From Leptogorgia sarmentosa (lineage: Eukaryota), in NCBI GenBank assembly GCA_964658305.1, contig OZ210884.1, positions 6,262,001 to 6,326,000 on the forward strand: a stretch of 64,000 bases of DNA, given 5' to 3'. Numbering within the stretch: position 1 is the stretch's first letter; each line of letters starts with the position of its first letter. The notes under the pieces are model-generated. The model was not told where the DNA came from. It made no database searches and was given only the letters and a program-made list of their open reading frames with translations. Below, one piece after another: positions 39,963-51,100 of this stretch. The translations under genes were made by a program, and so were the position numbers.

Positions 39963-40651
39963 GAGTGTAACATATCTATGTAGAAATTTTAAAAATATAG
40001 ACATATACTGGAGACATGTCCAAATTATTAAACAACTAAAGCTGACAAAATACGCCTATATTTAACCTTAAGGCCTGTTCATATGGGCAAAGGTTTTCCC
40101 GTTTGGCAAGAAAAGTTTAGAAAACATACTCACCTTTTTAAACAAATTTGTTTCAAGCTGGTGTTTTGTGTCTGTAAAGCGAATGAGTATAGCTAGATTT
40201 TATCCGCTTGAAAGATCATATCTTGGTATATTTTCGTTCCTCTAAGTTTGTTGTTCAGTCCATGTATTTCCATGTTGTGCATTATTGTATTTTGATGATT
40301 TGTCCAGAAACAGTCTATACTTTAATTTTACTATACGGATTAAAATCATAAACTTGTTCCAATGTTGATGAAATCAGTGAGCATTGCTGTGCTGCCCAGT
40401 GCCCACATTTTTCATAGTCAACAATATTGTTCAATATTGTTGTTACACCCAACAACAAAGTTGTTCAATAATTGTTAAATGTAACTTCGTCCAATAATAA
40501 TTTCTATAACTATAGCTTGTTGCATAATAAATCATTAATTCTAGATTACGCGATTTCAATCCGCATGGTTCTCTGTTTTTCGATCAGTGTTTTATATCTA
40601 ATCTTTTAATTAAAAATTTGATTTGCCAAAGAGAGAATGGGGCTACAGGAC

Positions 40652-40941
40652 CAGGTGATCTCGTGTTCGTGTTTTAGCGAATCAGAACAAAGAAAGGATT
40701 GTGTGAATAGAAATCCATTTTGCTTTATTCATTGGATTATATCTTTTGTTATTCTGTATGAAACCAGTTGAAACTTTTTAATCATGTTTGGTTATAAAAT
40801 AATAGCTCTGACAAAAATATGGAATCGAAGTAAAATATATTACAGGAGATATTGAGTTGTTTCAATCCAAAAATCGACATCTAGTGCCATAGTGTATCTG
40901 ACAGCTAGTGCCAGTCCCTTTCCGTGTATTAAGATCACCTG
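40652..40941. mobile_element. MITE copy 2 (TIR CAGGTGATCT / AGATCACCTG)
   Basis: Perfect 10-bp TIR; homologous to 9969-10240. Confidence 0.8.
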
Positions 40942-41012
40942 TAAAATCCAGAGGAGAATCAGGCAAGCTCGTCAGTTCAACTATGTGAACATCGAGTAAA
41001 CACTTCTCCAAA

Positions 41013-41882
41013 ATGATGTCGTACAGATTGATAAATTTGATGTTTCTATGCACTGTAAATAGTATTTTCACAATCGCAGGAATATTTCTCAATTCAGTTG
41101 TGATCATAAGTTTACGGACGTTCAACTCATGTCGCAAGGGAACTTCAAACTTCATGATCCTAATTTTGTCCATTTTTGATTTACTGGTGGGAATTTTTGG
41201 ACATCCTTCGGTCATTTTATCCGCTGTGCCCTGGTCAACTCGTGATAACAGCTCAGCGCACTGGACCACAGGAGGAAGCGATGGATATAGCTTGACGGAA
41301 GTTGGAATAATCGTCTCTAATTATACGCAGAGCTTTTCCATGATGGTTCTTTTGACAATGACCATCGATCGTTACCTTGCATTGACGCGACCTTTCTTTC
41401 ACAAAATCCATGTGACAAGACGACGTCTTTTCTCCCTGACAGTTGTATTACAGTTGCTCATAATTGCTGTTCGAATGTTACGTTTCTTCGAAGGAGTGAA
41501 GGCAGTTTACTACTCAGCTGCGTTTTTAATTGCAACAGTCGCTATGCTCCTACTGGCTTTTATGAACTATCAGATGTTCAGGACTGCTGTCCGGGCAAAA
41601 CGCAACAAGCAAACACCAAGAGTGCAGTTGGCACAAATGAAAAGGAATTACACGTGTGTGTTGGCCGTTGCCTGCTTCTACGTTTGTGTAATTCCCATCG
41701 CTGTGTACGCCTTGTTCAGGGTTGCGTCCATTGTTGATGAAGATATTCTGATGCTAATTCGTCTGTGGGGAAACACCAGTTTAAGTGCAAGTTCCACATT
41801 AAATTGCATCGTCTTCTTTTGGAGGAATGAAGCCCTTCGCAAAGAAGGAAAGAAACTTTTATCCAGTTGTTACAGACGTTGA
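41013..41882 (+). CDS. Intronless rhodopsin-class (class A) GPCR, orphan
   Basis: 289 aa with seven hydrophobic segments; TM1 LNSVV, TM2 LSIFDLLVG, TM3 TIDRY, TM7 LNCIVFFWRN..LR. Confidence 0.9.
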   Translation: MMSYRLINLMFLCTVNSIFTIAGIFLNSVVIISLRTFNSCRKGTSNFMILILSIFDLLVGIFGHPSVILSAVPWSTRDNSSAHWTTGGSDGYSLTEVGIIVSNYTQSFSMMVLLTMTIDRYLALTRPFFHKIHVTRRRLFSLTVVLQLLIIAVRMLRFFEGVKAVYYSAAFLIATVAMLLLAFMNYQMFRTAVRAKRNKQTPRVQLAQMKRNYTCVLAVACFYVCVIPIAVYALFRVASIVDEDILMLIRLWGNTSLSASSTLNCIVFFWRNEALRKEGKKLLSSCYRR

Positions 41883-42545
41883 ACAAAAATAACTGACAAA
41901 TATATATGAGTTATCTAAGTTTATCTGTCAAGCTATTTACCGCAACGCAAATTCAGTGTTCGGTACGTTTATAGTAATGTAACGGTTTTCGCACAAGTAT
42001 CGATGGGAACATTGAACAAAAATACATAATTTTTAAGGACTGACTTCTCTCATGTCATTCCCTTTATCCCTTAAAATTAATTAGAAATGCAGTACTTCGG
42101 AAATGGAAACAGTAACGTAGCAATCTATCATGTTGTAAATATATAGATAAAAATTATTCATGATATAGAACGCGCCCGATAATGAGGTTATGCAAGAGGT
42201 GAAATCCAATTTCTTCGATCACTGCAAAAACCTGTCTTCAGCGCAAGTTGTCCATTGAATGTCTTTTAAGGGCTTTAATAAGTTAATTAGAACTTCGTCA
42301 ACTGGGTGGAACAATTGGGTGAAACCCTTTCACAAGCCATTGTCTTCGAAATTAATTAAAATGATAAAAAAAATGAAAACAGTGATTCATATTAATATGC
42401 GGCACAAGATATGATCATCCGAGATGAAAAACAAACTTAAAAACTTTTGCTATTTTTATCTCATTTTTAATTGAATATTGTGAAAGAAAGTTCCAATTGA
42501 TGATTAAAATTAATTCTAATTATTATTGCAAATTAATTAATAATT

Positions 42546-43360
42546 TCATTCGGGCTCAGATTCCGAACTTTCTTCAGCGGCAGTTTCCAACCAAGTTAAC
42601 CATGAATTCACCTGCGAAAGATGGAGTAATAAGAATCAAAAGAAATAATGATGATTACAGAGGTCTTATCAATTTTTATATTTAGACTTCTGAGGATTTC
42701 TTCATAATGGAAAAGTTATCTCGATTGACGAGAAGATATTTCAAGTACCCAAATAATTTTGTTTTTTTCATACGGAGAAACGTTAACCCGCTTTACCGAG
42801 CAAAGTTTTCGCCGGCCGTGATGTACCGCTGGTGTCACCAGCCGAAACTTCATGCAAATCTATATTTGCTTGGAGCGTTTTATAAATTAACTCATCAATA
42901 GATTACTTGACTGACAATAGGGATCGCAAGTTAAACGTACCTGAAAGAGAGCTCGTCCTTTTCCCGGATGTTGGTCATTCACGTCTTCTTTCCAAGATAT
43001 GAATGCATCTTCTTCGATGATTTCCAGATCATAGAGCGTCACAAACATACGCAACAACAATCCTAAATTTGCAAAGGATTAAGTTTTCATCGCGCTGTGT
43101 TTACGCACAAGAATCCCAGCAAGTTACGCACATTACATTGAAAAAGCTCCCGTGCTATGCTTGAGCTATCGCATTGGCAGTAGCGAGACGTCTGAATGTA
43201 ATGACGTAATGTGCGTAACTTGCCAGGATTCCTGTGGTGTAGGAGCACTATGTTAAACATAAGCATAAACCAAGTGGACTACATTCAGAAAAGGCGTCCC
43301 TTGGACGCTCAATATATTTATTTTACGAAGATCAACCTTTTTTGAATTGACTGTATATAC

Positions 43361-43401
<41 letters not shown>

Positions 43402-44825
43402 AAGTAGGATATGTAACAGAGTCACACAATTGGCAAATGGTTTGAGAGCGCTCAATACCATTATAGGTAGAGCGAATATTTATTTATTAAAGGTAAAATT
43501 AGCTGTCGCTACTCAGAGTTTCACGCGGAAACGCGATCATCAGGCAACTGACAGGTCTGACCTAAATATACTCTATTTACATTGGCGTTGTATAGTTGCT
43601 TATGAGGTATCGTGTTACATGTCGGCATTTGCTAAAAAGTTCTGTGCGTTTGTTCAATAAATTATTGTTTCTGTTCTTAAGTATACAGAGTTTTTCCTCT
43701 AAACATAAGCGGCATCCTCTTGCGCCAGCTCTGTAAACGGGGACTTTCTTGATCAGAGACCATTTGATGGAAAAAGCGCGCTTTGCTTCCTTGAGTTTCC
43801 ACACGTGCTTAGATAGCTCGGTGTCGTGTGCGTACTTCTTGTGATTGATGGACTTGATGTGGTTTCGGTAACGACACTTGAATTTCCCGCCGGTTATTCC
43901 GATATATGATTTGGTTTCATTGTTGTCAGCTGTAGAAACGTCGGCTTGATATATCACGCTTTCTGAGAGGCATTTGCCTCCGACCGGGCATGCGTCACGT
44001 TGTCTGCAGTTGCAATGTCGAGCGTTGTTGTGTTGTGTGTTGGCTGTTGTGTTGTTTGTAGAAGGTGTTTGTTTGTTGTGTTGGTTGAGTATTTTGTTGT
44101 TGTGCTTGCTAATAAAGTTTTCCATGTTTTGGAGACAGCTGTAACTAACACGAACGGTATGGCGGTTAAAAATTTTGTGGAGCTTATTGGAGGGTGGAAA
44201 ATGTTTGTCGAGAAGCTGCAAAAAGTTTTGTCCAATGTTCGACGACACGTTCTTGCTGTAAGGTGGATTGTACCATATTGTGTTACGTTGTCTGTTTCGT
44301 CGTTGTTTTTCGTTGCTGTTGGAGTTGTTGGTTTCGTTGTTGGCATTTGGTTCGTATGTCAGATTTGTGTGAAAGTTACTACGTTTTAACGCGTCGTTAT
44401 ACAGTGGGGCGGCAGCGTCAAATGTCGTTTTGTCACATGAAAGCTTGTTGATACGTTTGTTAACAGAAGTAGGCAGTTGTCGGAGTATGGAAGGAGGGTG
44501 GTTAGATGAGCGGTTAATATAGAGTGGGTCGTTGTTCGGTTTTCTATAAGGTTTATACGTACCGTCTGTGAGGTCAAAAGTGATGTCGAAAAAGTTTACC
44601 CGTCTTAGGTTTGCTTCAGCTGTGATTTTTAGTTAAGAACAGAAACAATAATTTATTGAACAAACGCACAGAACTTTTTAGCAAATGCCGACATGTAACA
44701 CGATACCTCATAAGCAACTATACAACGCCAATGTAAATAGAGTATATTTAGGTCAGACCTGTCAGTTGCCTGATGATCGCGTTTCCGCGTGAAACTCTGA
44801 GTAGCGACAGCTAATTTTACCTTTA

Positions 44826-44894
<69 letters not shown>

Positions 44895-45063
44895 ATGAAA
44901 AGTGTTCTCCGGATTAAAGTTTCTGTGTTTCACAAGCTTTCAACTTGGTGCTTCAAGACTGACGAAGACTTGAAGCACCAAGTTGAAAGCTTGTGAAACA
45001 CAAAAACTTTAATCCGGAGAACACTTTTCATAACATAAACATGCCTGGATTACAAATTTTTCA

Positions 45064-45141
<78 letters not shown>

Positions 45142-48100
45142 ATTATTATTATTATTTTTACGTACCTTTTGGAAATTCGTTGCAATGACAAAATACTTGC
45201 AATGCATACAGGGCAATCACCTGAAATAGAAGTTTATAGTGGAAATACATATATGCAGCAACCCCTCGCCATACTAACCAAATAATGCAACTATATTTTT
45301 GGAACATGAAGTACTTAAAAGACGCCTTAGGTTTTTGTCATGGCAACACGAACGGAAATTCATATTTCTGTATTTTTTTGAAAACTGTCAAAATATCAGC
45401 TTTTTTATTGGTTTTATTGGCATTTTTTTAATCTGCAGAACCATTTGTTATCCGTACGTTATTAGGACCAAGATAAACTTGAATTTGGTGCGAAATACTG
45501 CATTTATTTGCATGAAACTTTTTATTTAAATATTCAAGTCAGTCTTTGATATACGAGTTTCCGGCCAATGTTCGCTCGTTTTAGGGTAAAATTTGTAAAT
45601 ATTTTGTGAAGCCTTGCATTTAAAAACATAAACTTATACTCTGTAATTGAACCGTTAATTAATAGATTAAATGCGGCTACGGCCTTTCATACAAATAGTG
45701 AATATACGCAAAACAAAAGTTCACTGCCGACAATATATTGACGAACTTTATCGGTCCTGTGTGTCAATTCATGGTCGTTTATTCCCCTTTCTCAGCGTTT
45801 TATATCTTCTGAGAAGGCTTTTCAAGTCTTACAGCGTAGATATTGTCTTTGTTTCGCCTTTCCAAAAGCATTAAGCCTTTAAAAAGCTTCTTATCGGGCA
45901 ACTTTGGACTCCGCTATGCTGCCCATTACCCGGGTGCAAATAGCCGTGCGGAATTATTACCCTCGCCCCGGGCTAACGCCCGGACGGCGCGTGGCTCGGG
46001 GATAAATACGAGGGTCCTGAAGGGACGGCTGTTACCGTTTCCCAGGCCAAATTCTGAATAAATCGCATTGTCGCAGAGCACAATTCCCATCGTCCCAATG
46101 GACGTTTTCTGCTCAAATATCTTGCTTATCCATCCCCATTTCCTATTGTTTTTTGTTGATGAATCCCATTCTCAGTGTATAAAATTCCATTCGTGGCTGC
46201 AGGTAATTCATTGAGGTGCATGCTTTTTCAACTATAAACCGGGTGAAACCAATTTGTAAAAGAACCCACTTGCATTACTATACCTGTAGTTGGACATTAT
46301 CATTCAAAAATTTCTGAAGGAGAGGCTAAAATAATGGAAAATGAGAAGCGGTCAAAACGTTTTCTCAAGTTACTGACGTCCATACCCTGAAACAATCTCT
46401 TGTATGGAATGAGAAAATTAATCCTTAAGTTAACTGTTGGGAAGACAAGCACAACAAAATGAACTATTTTGATTTTTAGCATTTACCTAGCCCGAGAATT
46501 TCACCAGAAGCAAAGAAAATAATGTACAATCTAGGTAAATATAAGTCTTAGTGTTGAAATGATTCATATGTATCACCTTCATGTTTTCCATCATTGATTT
46601 CTCCTGCTCTTGAATCTCTTTGTCCAGCGGTTGGCTACGATCAACGTTAGGAGCTAAGCTAGTTGTCATGGTAACATACTTCAATACGCTAAAAGACAAT
46701 GAGTTGTTCAAATTGTATATCAGACGATATAGTGTACATAGTAGTAAACATTGCAGTACATAACTAATGGTAATTAATAAAATCGACACATTCTACGTAT
46801 CAATGTATGAATCAATGAACTAGAGATGAACGTAATCACTGTTTCACTGTCAAAGAAAAACTTTCAATGCAGGTTCAGAGAAAATTACTGAAACTGATTC
46901 ATACCATGTGGTTAAGACACTTGCAAATTCTGGACTGGCATGGAACTTTGCATCAATATTATCCTAAGTTATAAAAAACAAAAATTTAAAAATTTAAAAG
47001 AGAACAGGAAAGATTCTGAAAAAAATCCGAACTAACCTTGATCCATTTATATAATGAAGAGACATTAGAGTCACGCTGTATTTGGTTGAATAACTCCGTT
47101 TGAGCTTTCAGCTGCGGGGAGAGGAATATTAAACCCTAAACAAAACCAATAAATTCCTCAGTAAATGCCACATTTTGGATCTTTAGCATTTACATACAGT
47201 TGTCTGGATATTTGACCAAAACAAAAGAAAAAAATGCATTTGTAGGTTTTATTCTCCAAGTTCAATATACCGTACTGACAATATACCGTAAGAGACAAAA
47301 ATCTTACCTGTTCCTGTAGAATTTCCGTCATCTTCTCAGTGTTTTTATATTGTTCTAAAAATGAAAGAATAACTTGAATAAGATGGACAACAGTGGCGGA
47401 CAATTGTCATTGGTGGACAGCAGTGGCGAAGCTATCTCGATTATTAGGGGTGAGGTGGGGGAGAGGGTGGGGGACATAATGATATATCCGTGTTCACAAA
47501 CTGTAGAAAAAATCGATTTCAAAAGAAATTGTGCAAAACACACATACATGAATATGCCTTCCCCCCAACTTATTTTGTAAAAGTTCAAATATACCAAAGA
47601 GAAAGAGTTTTACCTGGCAAGGTGGTCATCAAATTCACTTTACTGTTGTTGAATATCTCGAGGAGCCAGCCCTGGATTAGAAGAAAAAATACATTTCTTG
47701 TAGATTTCTTATTTAAAAAAAACTAGTCAATTCATTTCAGTCGTTCGATTTATTAGTTTAAATACGGTACGAAAAAGAAAATGAAGTGAAGGTGAGAGTG
47801 AAGGTGAGAGGGAAGGTGGAAATGAGAATGAAAGTGAAGTTGAGAGTGAAGGTGCGAGGGAAGGTGAAAGTGAAAGTGAAGGTGAGAGTGAAGGTGGGAG
47901 TGAGGGTGGAGTGAATAAGAATAACAATTGACCTCTCCTTTCTGCTGCTTAAGATCTTCCAAACATTGTATGAACAAAAAATCAATTCCTTCCAATAGAC
48001 TCGTAGTATGAAGGTCAAGCACACCCTAAACAATCAAGAAATTATTTTTAAACTCATGGTACGTTTAAAAAAACTCATAACCCGAAAGCGAAGCTGAACC

Positions 48101-51100
48101 TCTCAGACGCATTGGCATGAATTTATCTGCAGTACTGTACCTTATAGAGTTTAATACTCTTACAATATTGGTATTTTGGCATGAATCAAAATACAAAATA
48201 AATGACGATTCAGCCTCGCTTTCGTATGCCCTCCGGGAGAGTGTTTTACTGTCATTTTTAGCCTGTTGCTCTGTTTTTTGTAACTGGGCTTTTGTAACTT
48301 GACTTTTTTCGTAACAGTTACCTGGATAACAAGTCGTGCTGATAATCGTCCTAAAGTCTCTTTAATGCCTGATTCCTTGTCAGTGTTTGGCAGCTTCCGG
48401 ATATAAGATTCAACACCCTATAACAAGATTTCAGCTGAGTAAAGGAACTAAGGAAGTACAAAAGCCAGTCAGAGCAGACTTTGTCAGAGCAAGCGTATTT
48501 CACATTCGTGCGTTAAGTCTTACTGCGGATACATTCTACTCATGTGATAACAAAGGATAGGCTAAGGACTACAAAGGATATGTTGTGATGCTGGAAAACT
48601 TAAAATTGCTTAACACACCTTTGATATATCTTCTTTCGTTAAAACCTTCTCCTCAAAACATTTTTTCAGCAGGTCTCCAGCTAAATTCTGATAGTCTTCA
48701 TTCTCTTGCAGTACTGTTTGAAGTAGCTTTACTATCAATGCTTCTTTTATCCTTGAACAATAAATATATAATGAGCCACTAGAAACGTTTGAATTTGTGT
48801 GTGTGTGTATGTGTGATTAGGATTACAGTACACAAATACGTAAAGCAAGTTTGCAAGCTCTTACTGTGACGAGTTCAAGTCTTTAATATCTTTTATGGTT
48901 TTAGCTTCATTTTTGGACTTTACAAACTCTTCTACAATTGTTACCTACAAAGAGAACGATGGGCAAATCAGATTGATCTTCACAGAGCTGTAAGATTTTG
49001 ATTCAGTGATACTAAACGCTTCGTACCCAAGATGCAATAGAAGATTTTTATTGTTAGGTTTAAATTTTCTGAACATGTAACGCCTACTTTAAAGGTCGAA
49101 CTTTTCAGTTGCCGAATCTAGTGTTAATGACATAAAGTCTTTGTTTTTGTTCATTTGATTCAACACTGAAACAGGTCTCTACCTGCAGTAATCTTCGCTT
49201 TCCATAACTCAAAAATTAGTCTAAAACGTATAACGTCCATAAAAACAATCTTACCACTAGCTTATCGGTATCAACTTTGGCTGCGGCAGAAGATTTCTTG
49301 ATTGGTTTTGGCTTTTCGTTTACACCCATTGCTTGGCCATTCTAATAATAACCACAGAGAAAAACTATATACTTCACGGCTGTTTACCATTCACATTGGA
49401 AAATCTATCTGGTTTAAAATTTTTGAAATGATACAGAAAATTTTAAGATAAAATTTCTGATTCCCAAATGGCGGCTCTTCCGTGTTTGCCTGATTCTTGC
49501 TTGTATTGAAGCGAACAACACATTTTTTACATTATTTTTAGTTTTAAACAAAATAAAACCAAATGTAAACAGCAACAAAGACCGCCGATACCATCGTTTG
49601 ACAGAAAATCTATAAACTACAACATATACTTTTCAAAGAAGCACATAAGGCTGTAGTTTAAAACAGGATGAGGGCCAATCTAAGCAGAGGTCCGAAGTAC
49701 AAGAACAACTGGTATGAACTATGAACAAATAAGTAATATCCTACAACAATGACAATATAAATTATATGAATTTCTTACGGTTTGCCTTTGTTGGTTTATA
49801 GTTGCCTGTCCAGTACGTGTAGCTAAAGAAGTTGGTTGGGCAACAATGGACTCACGAACTGGGCGCAGGCTGATCTGTAAGAATGAATATAAATATTTGA
49901 AGAGACATAAACTTATTTCAGTTATGTGGCCAACCAGCAAAAGCTCTTTTCCCTACAGTACCTTAACGATACTGTACAAACAGGCGATGTTATAACTTTG
50001 TTCCCCAAGACACATGCAAATTTCATTCCTTCTCTTATCCAAAAAATGCCTGACAGTATATAATAACTGGCCAGAAGGAGGTAGTGGGTAGAACTTTTGA
50101 TGCTTGTTGATATTGTCATCCGCCACCTAAACTGGCCGCATAGTGAAGTTAGTTTTCAAACCTGTCCATCCGTTGTGCGACTTTTCTGAGCTTGTACTCT
50201 TCGTGGTCTTCCATCATTCATCTGCGCTTTCTTTGCTGCATTCTGAAAATTTGGCATGAAATCCGGAGGGGCGTTTCTTGCTTTCATGGAACTGAAGTAT
50301 GGGTCTTGATCTCGCATTGGACGTACAGAGGGTAATTCATCAAATCTAGAAAACCAACCAAGCCAGAACTTGAAAAGGAGATGTTTGCTTCCATACTTGT
50401 CAAGTTCCATTTGGCTTTTTTTGTTCACGCGAGCAAACAACAATTGAAAGTGATTGAGTGGTGATGTTGTCAGTGTTTGTCGTCAGCCAATCAAGTTGCT
50501 TTTTCCTCTCTTATTGTATTGTTTAGGTAGTGAGTAGAAATTCTTCGGCATTTTGTTGTTATTATCCGCTACCTTCACATATTGAATTTTTAATTTGTTT
50601 TATCTGTGTACTGTAGCTAGTGCACCTTTATACGTATGTAATGTTGTTATACAGTAATTATCCACTACCTACACAGGCTTCAATCCTATTCATTACATAC
50701 AGTACCTTCCAGGAAAAGGATGTCCCACATCAAATGGACTGTTGTGAATACGCATGTCACCAAAATCGTCCATAGGAAGGAATGAATCAAAAGATGAATC
50801 AGACATGAAAACATCTTCAAACCCCCGACCAGCGGTCATCTTTCCCCTTTTGTTATATCGTGGACCGTACGGGAATCCGGGATCACCAGGATGCATCATG
50901 CCCCCTTTTTTACCCTAAACGAAAAAAATGAATGATTTTAATACGAAAAAATAAATATTAGTTTGTACTACAAGTCTACAACCCTTCAACTTTAACTCGG
51001 ATAACTCAACAAAATTTCTTGTAACTTTTTCTTCTTACAAAAATTTCACCAGAAATTACATTCAAGACTCTTTCACACAACCAAATTTACTTTGACAAAT

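Larger units (their letters stand above)
43400..44832 (-). mobile_element. 5'-truncated Penelope-like retroelement (RT C-terminus, Cys linker, GIY-YIG endonuclease; Naiad-like) with an inverted copy of its 3' end, in a (TA)n tract
   Basis: Open frame about 44632-43577: VNFFDITFDL..YKPYRKPN..PLYI..SNHPP..IWYNPPYS..CNCRQRDACPVGGKC..VIYQA..YIGIT..FKCRYRNH..CRLCLEEK..LLNKRTELFSKCRH. Inverted arms 43481-43680 and 44633-44832. (TA)n on both flanks. Confidence 0.92.

Noticed and set aside
40862..41269. 135-aa minus-strand ORF
   Set aside because: Antisense to the GPCR; no domain features.
44993..45229. (YI)n ORFs
   Set aside because: Translation of the (TA)n microsatellite.
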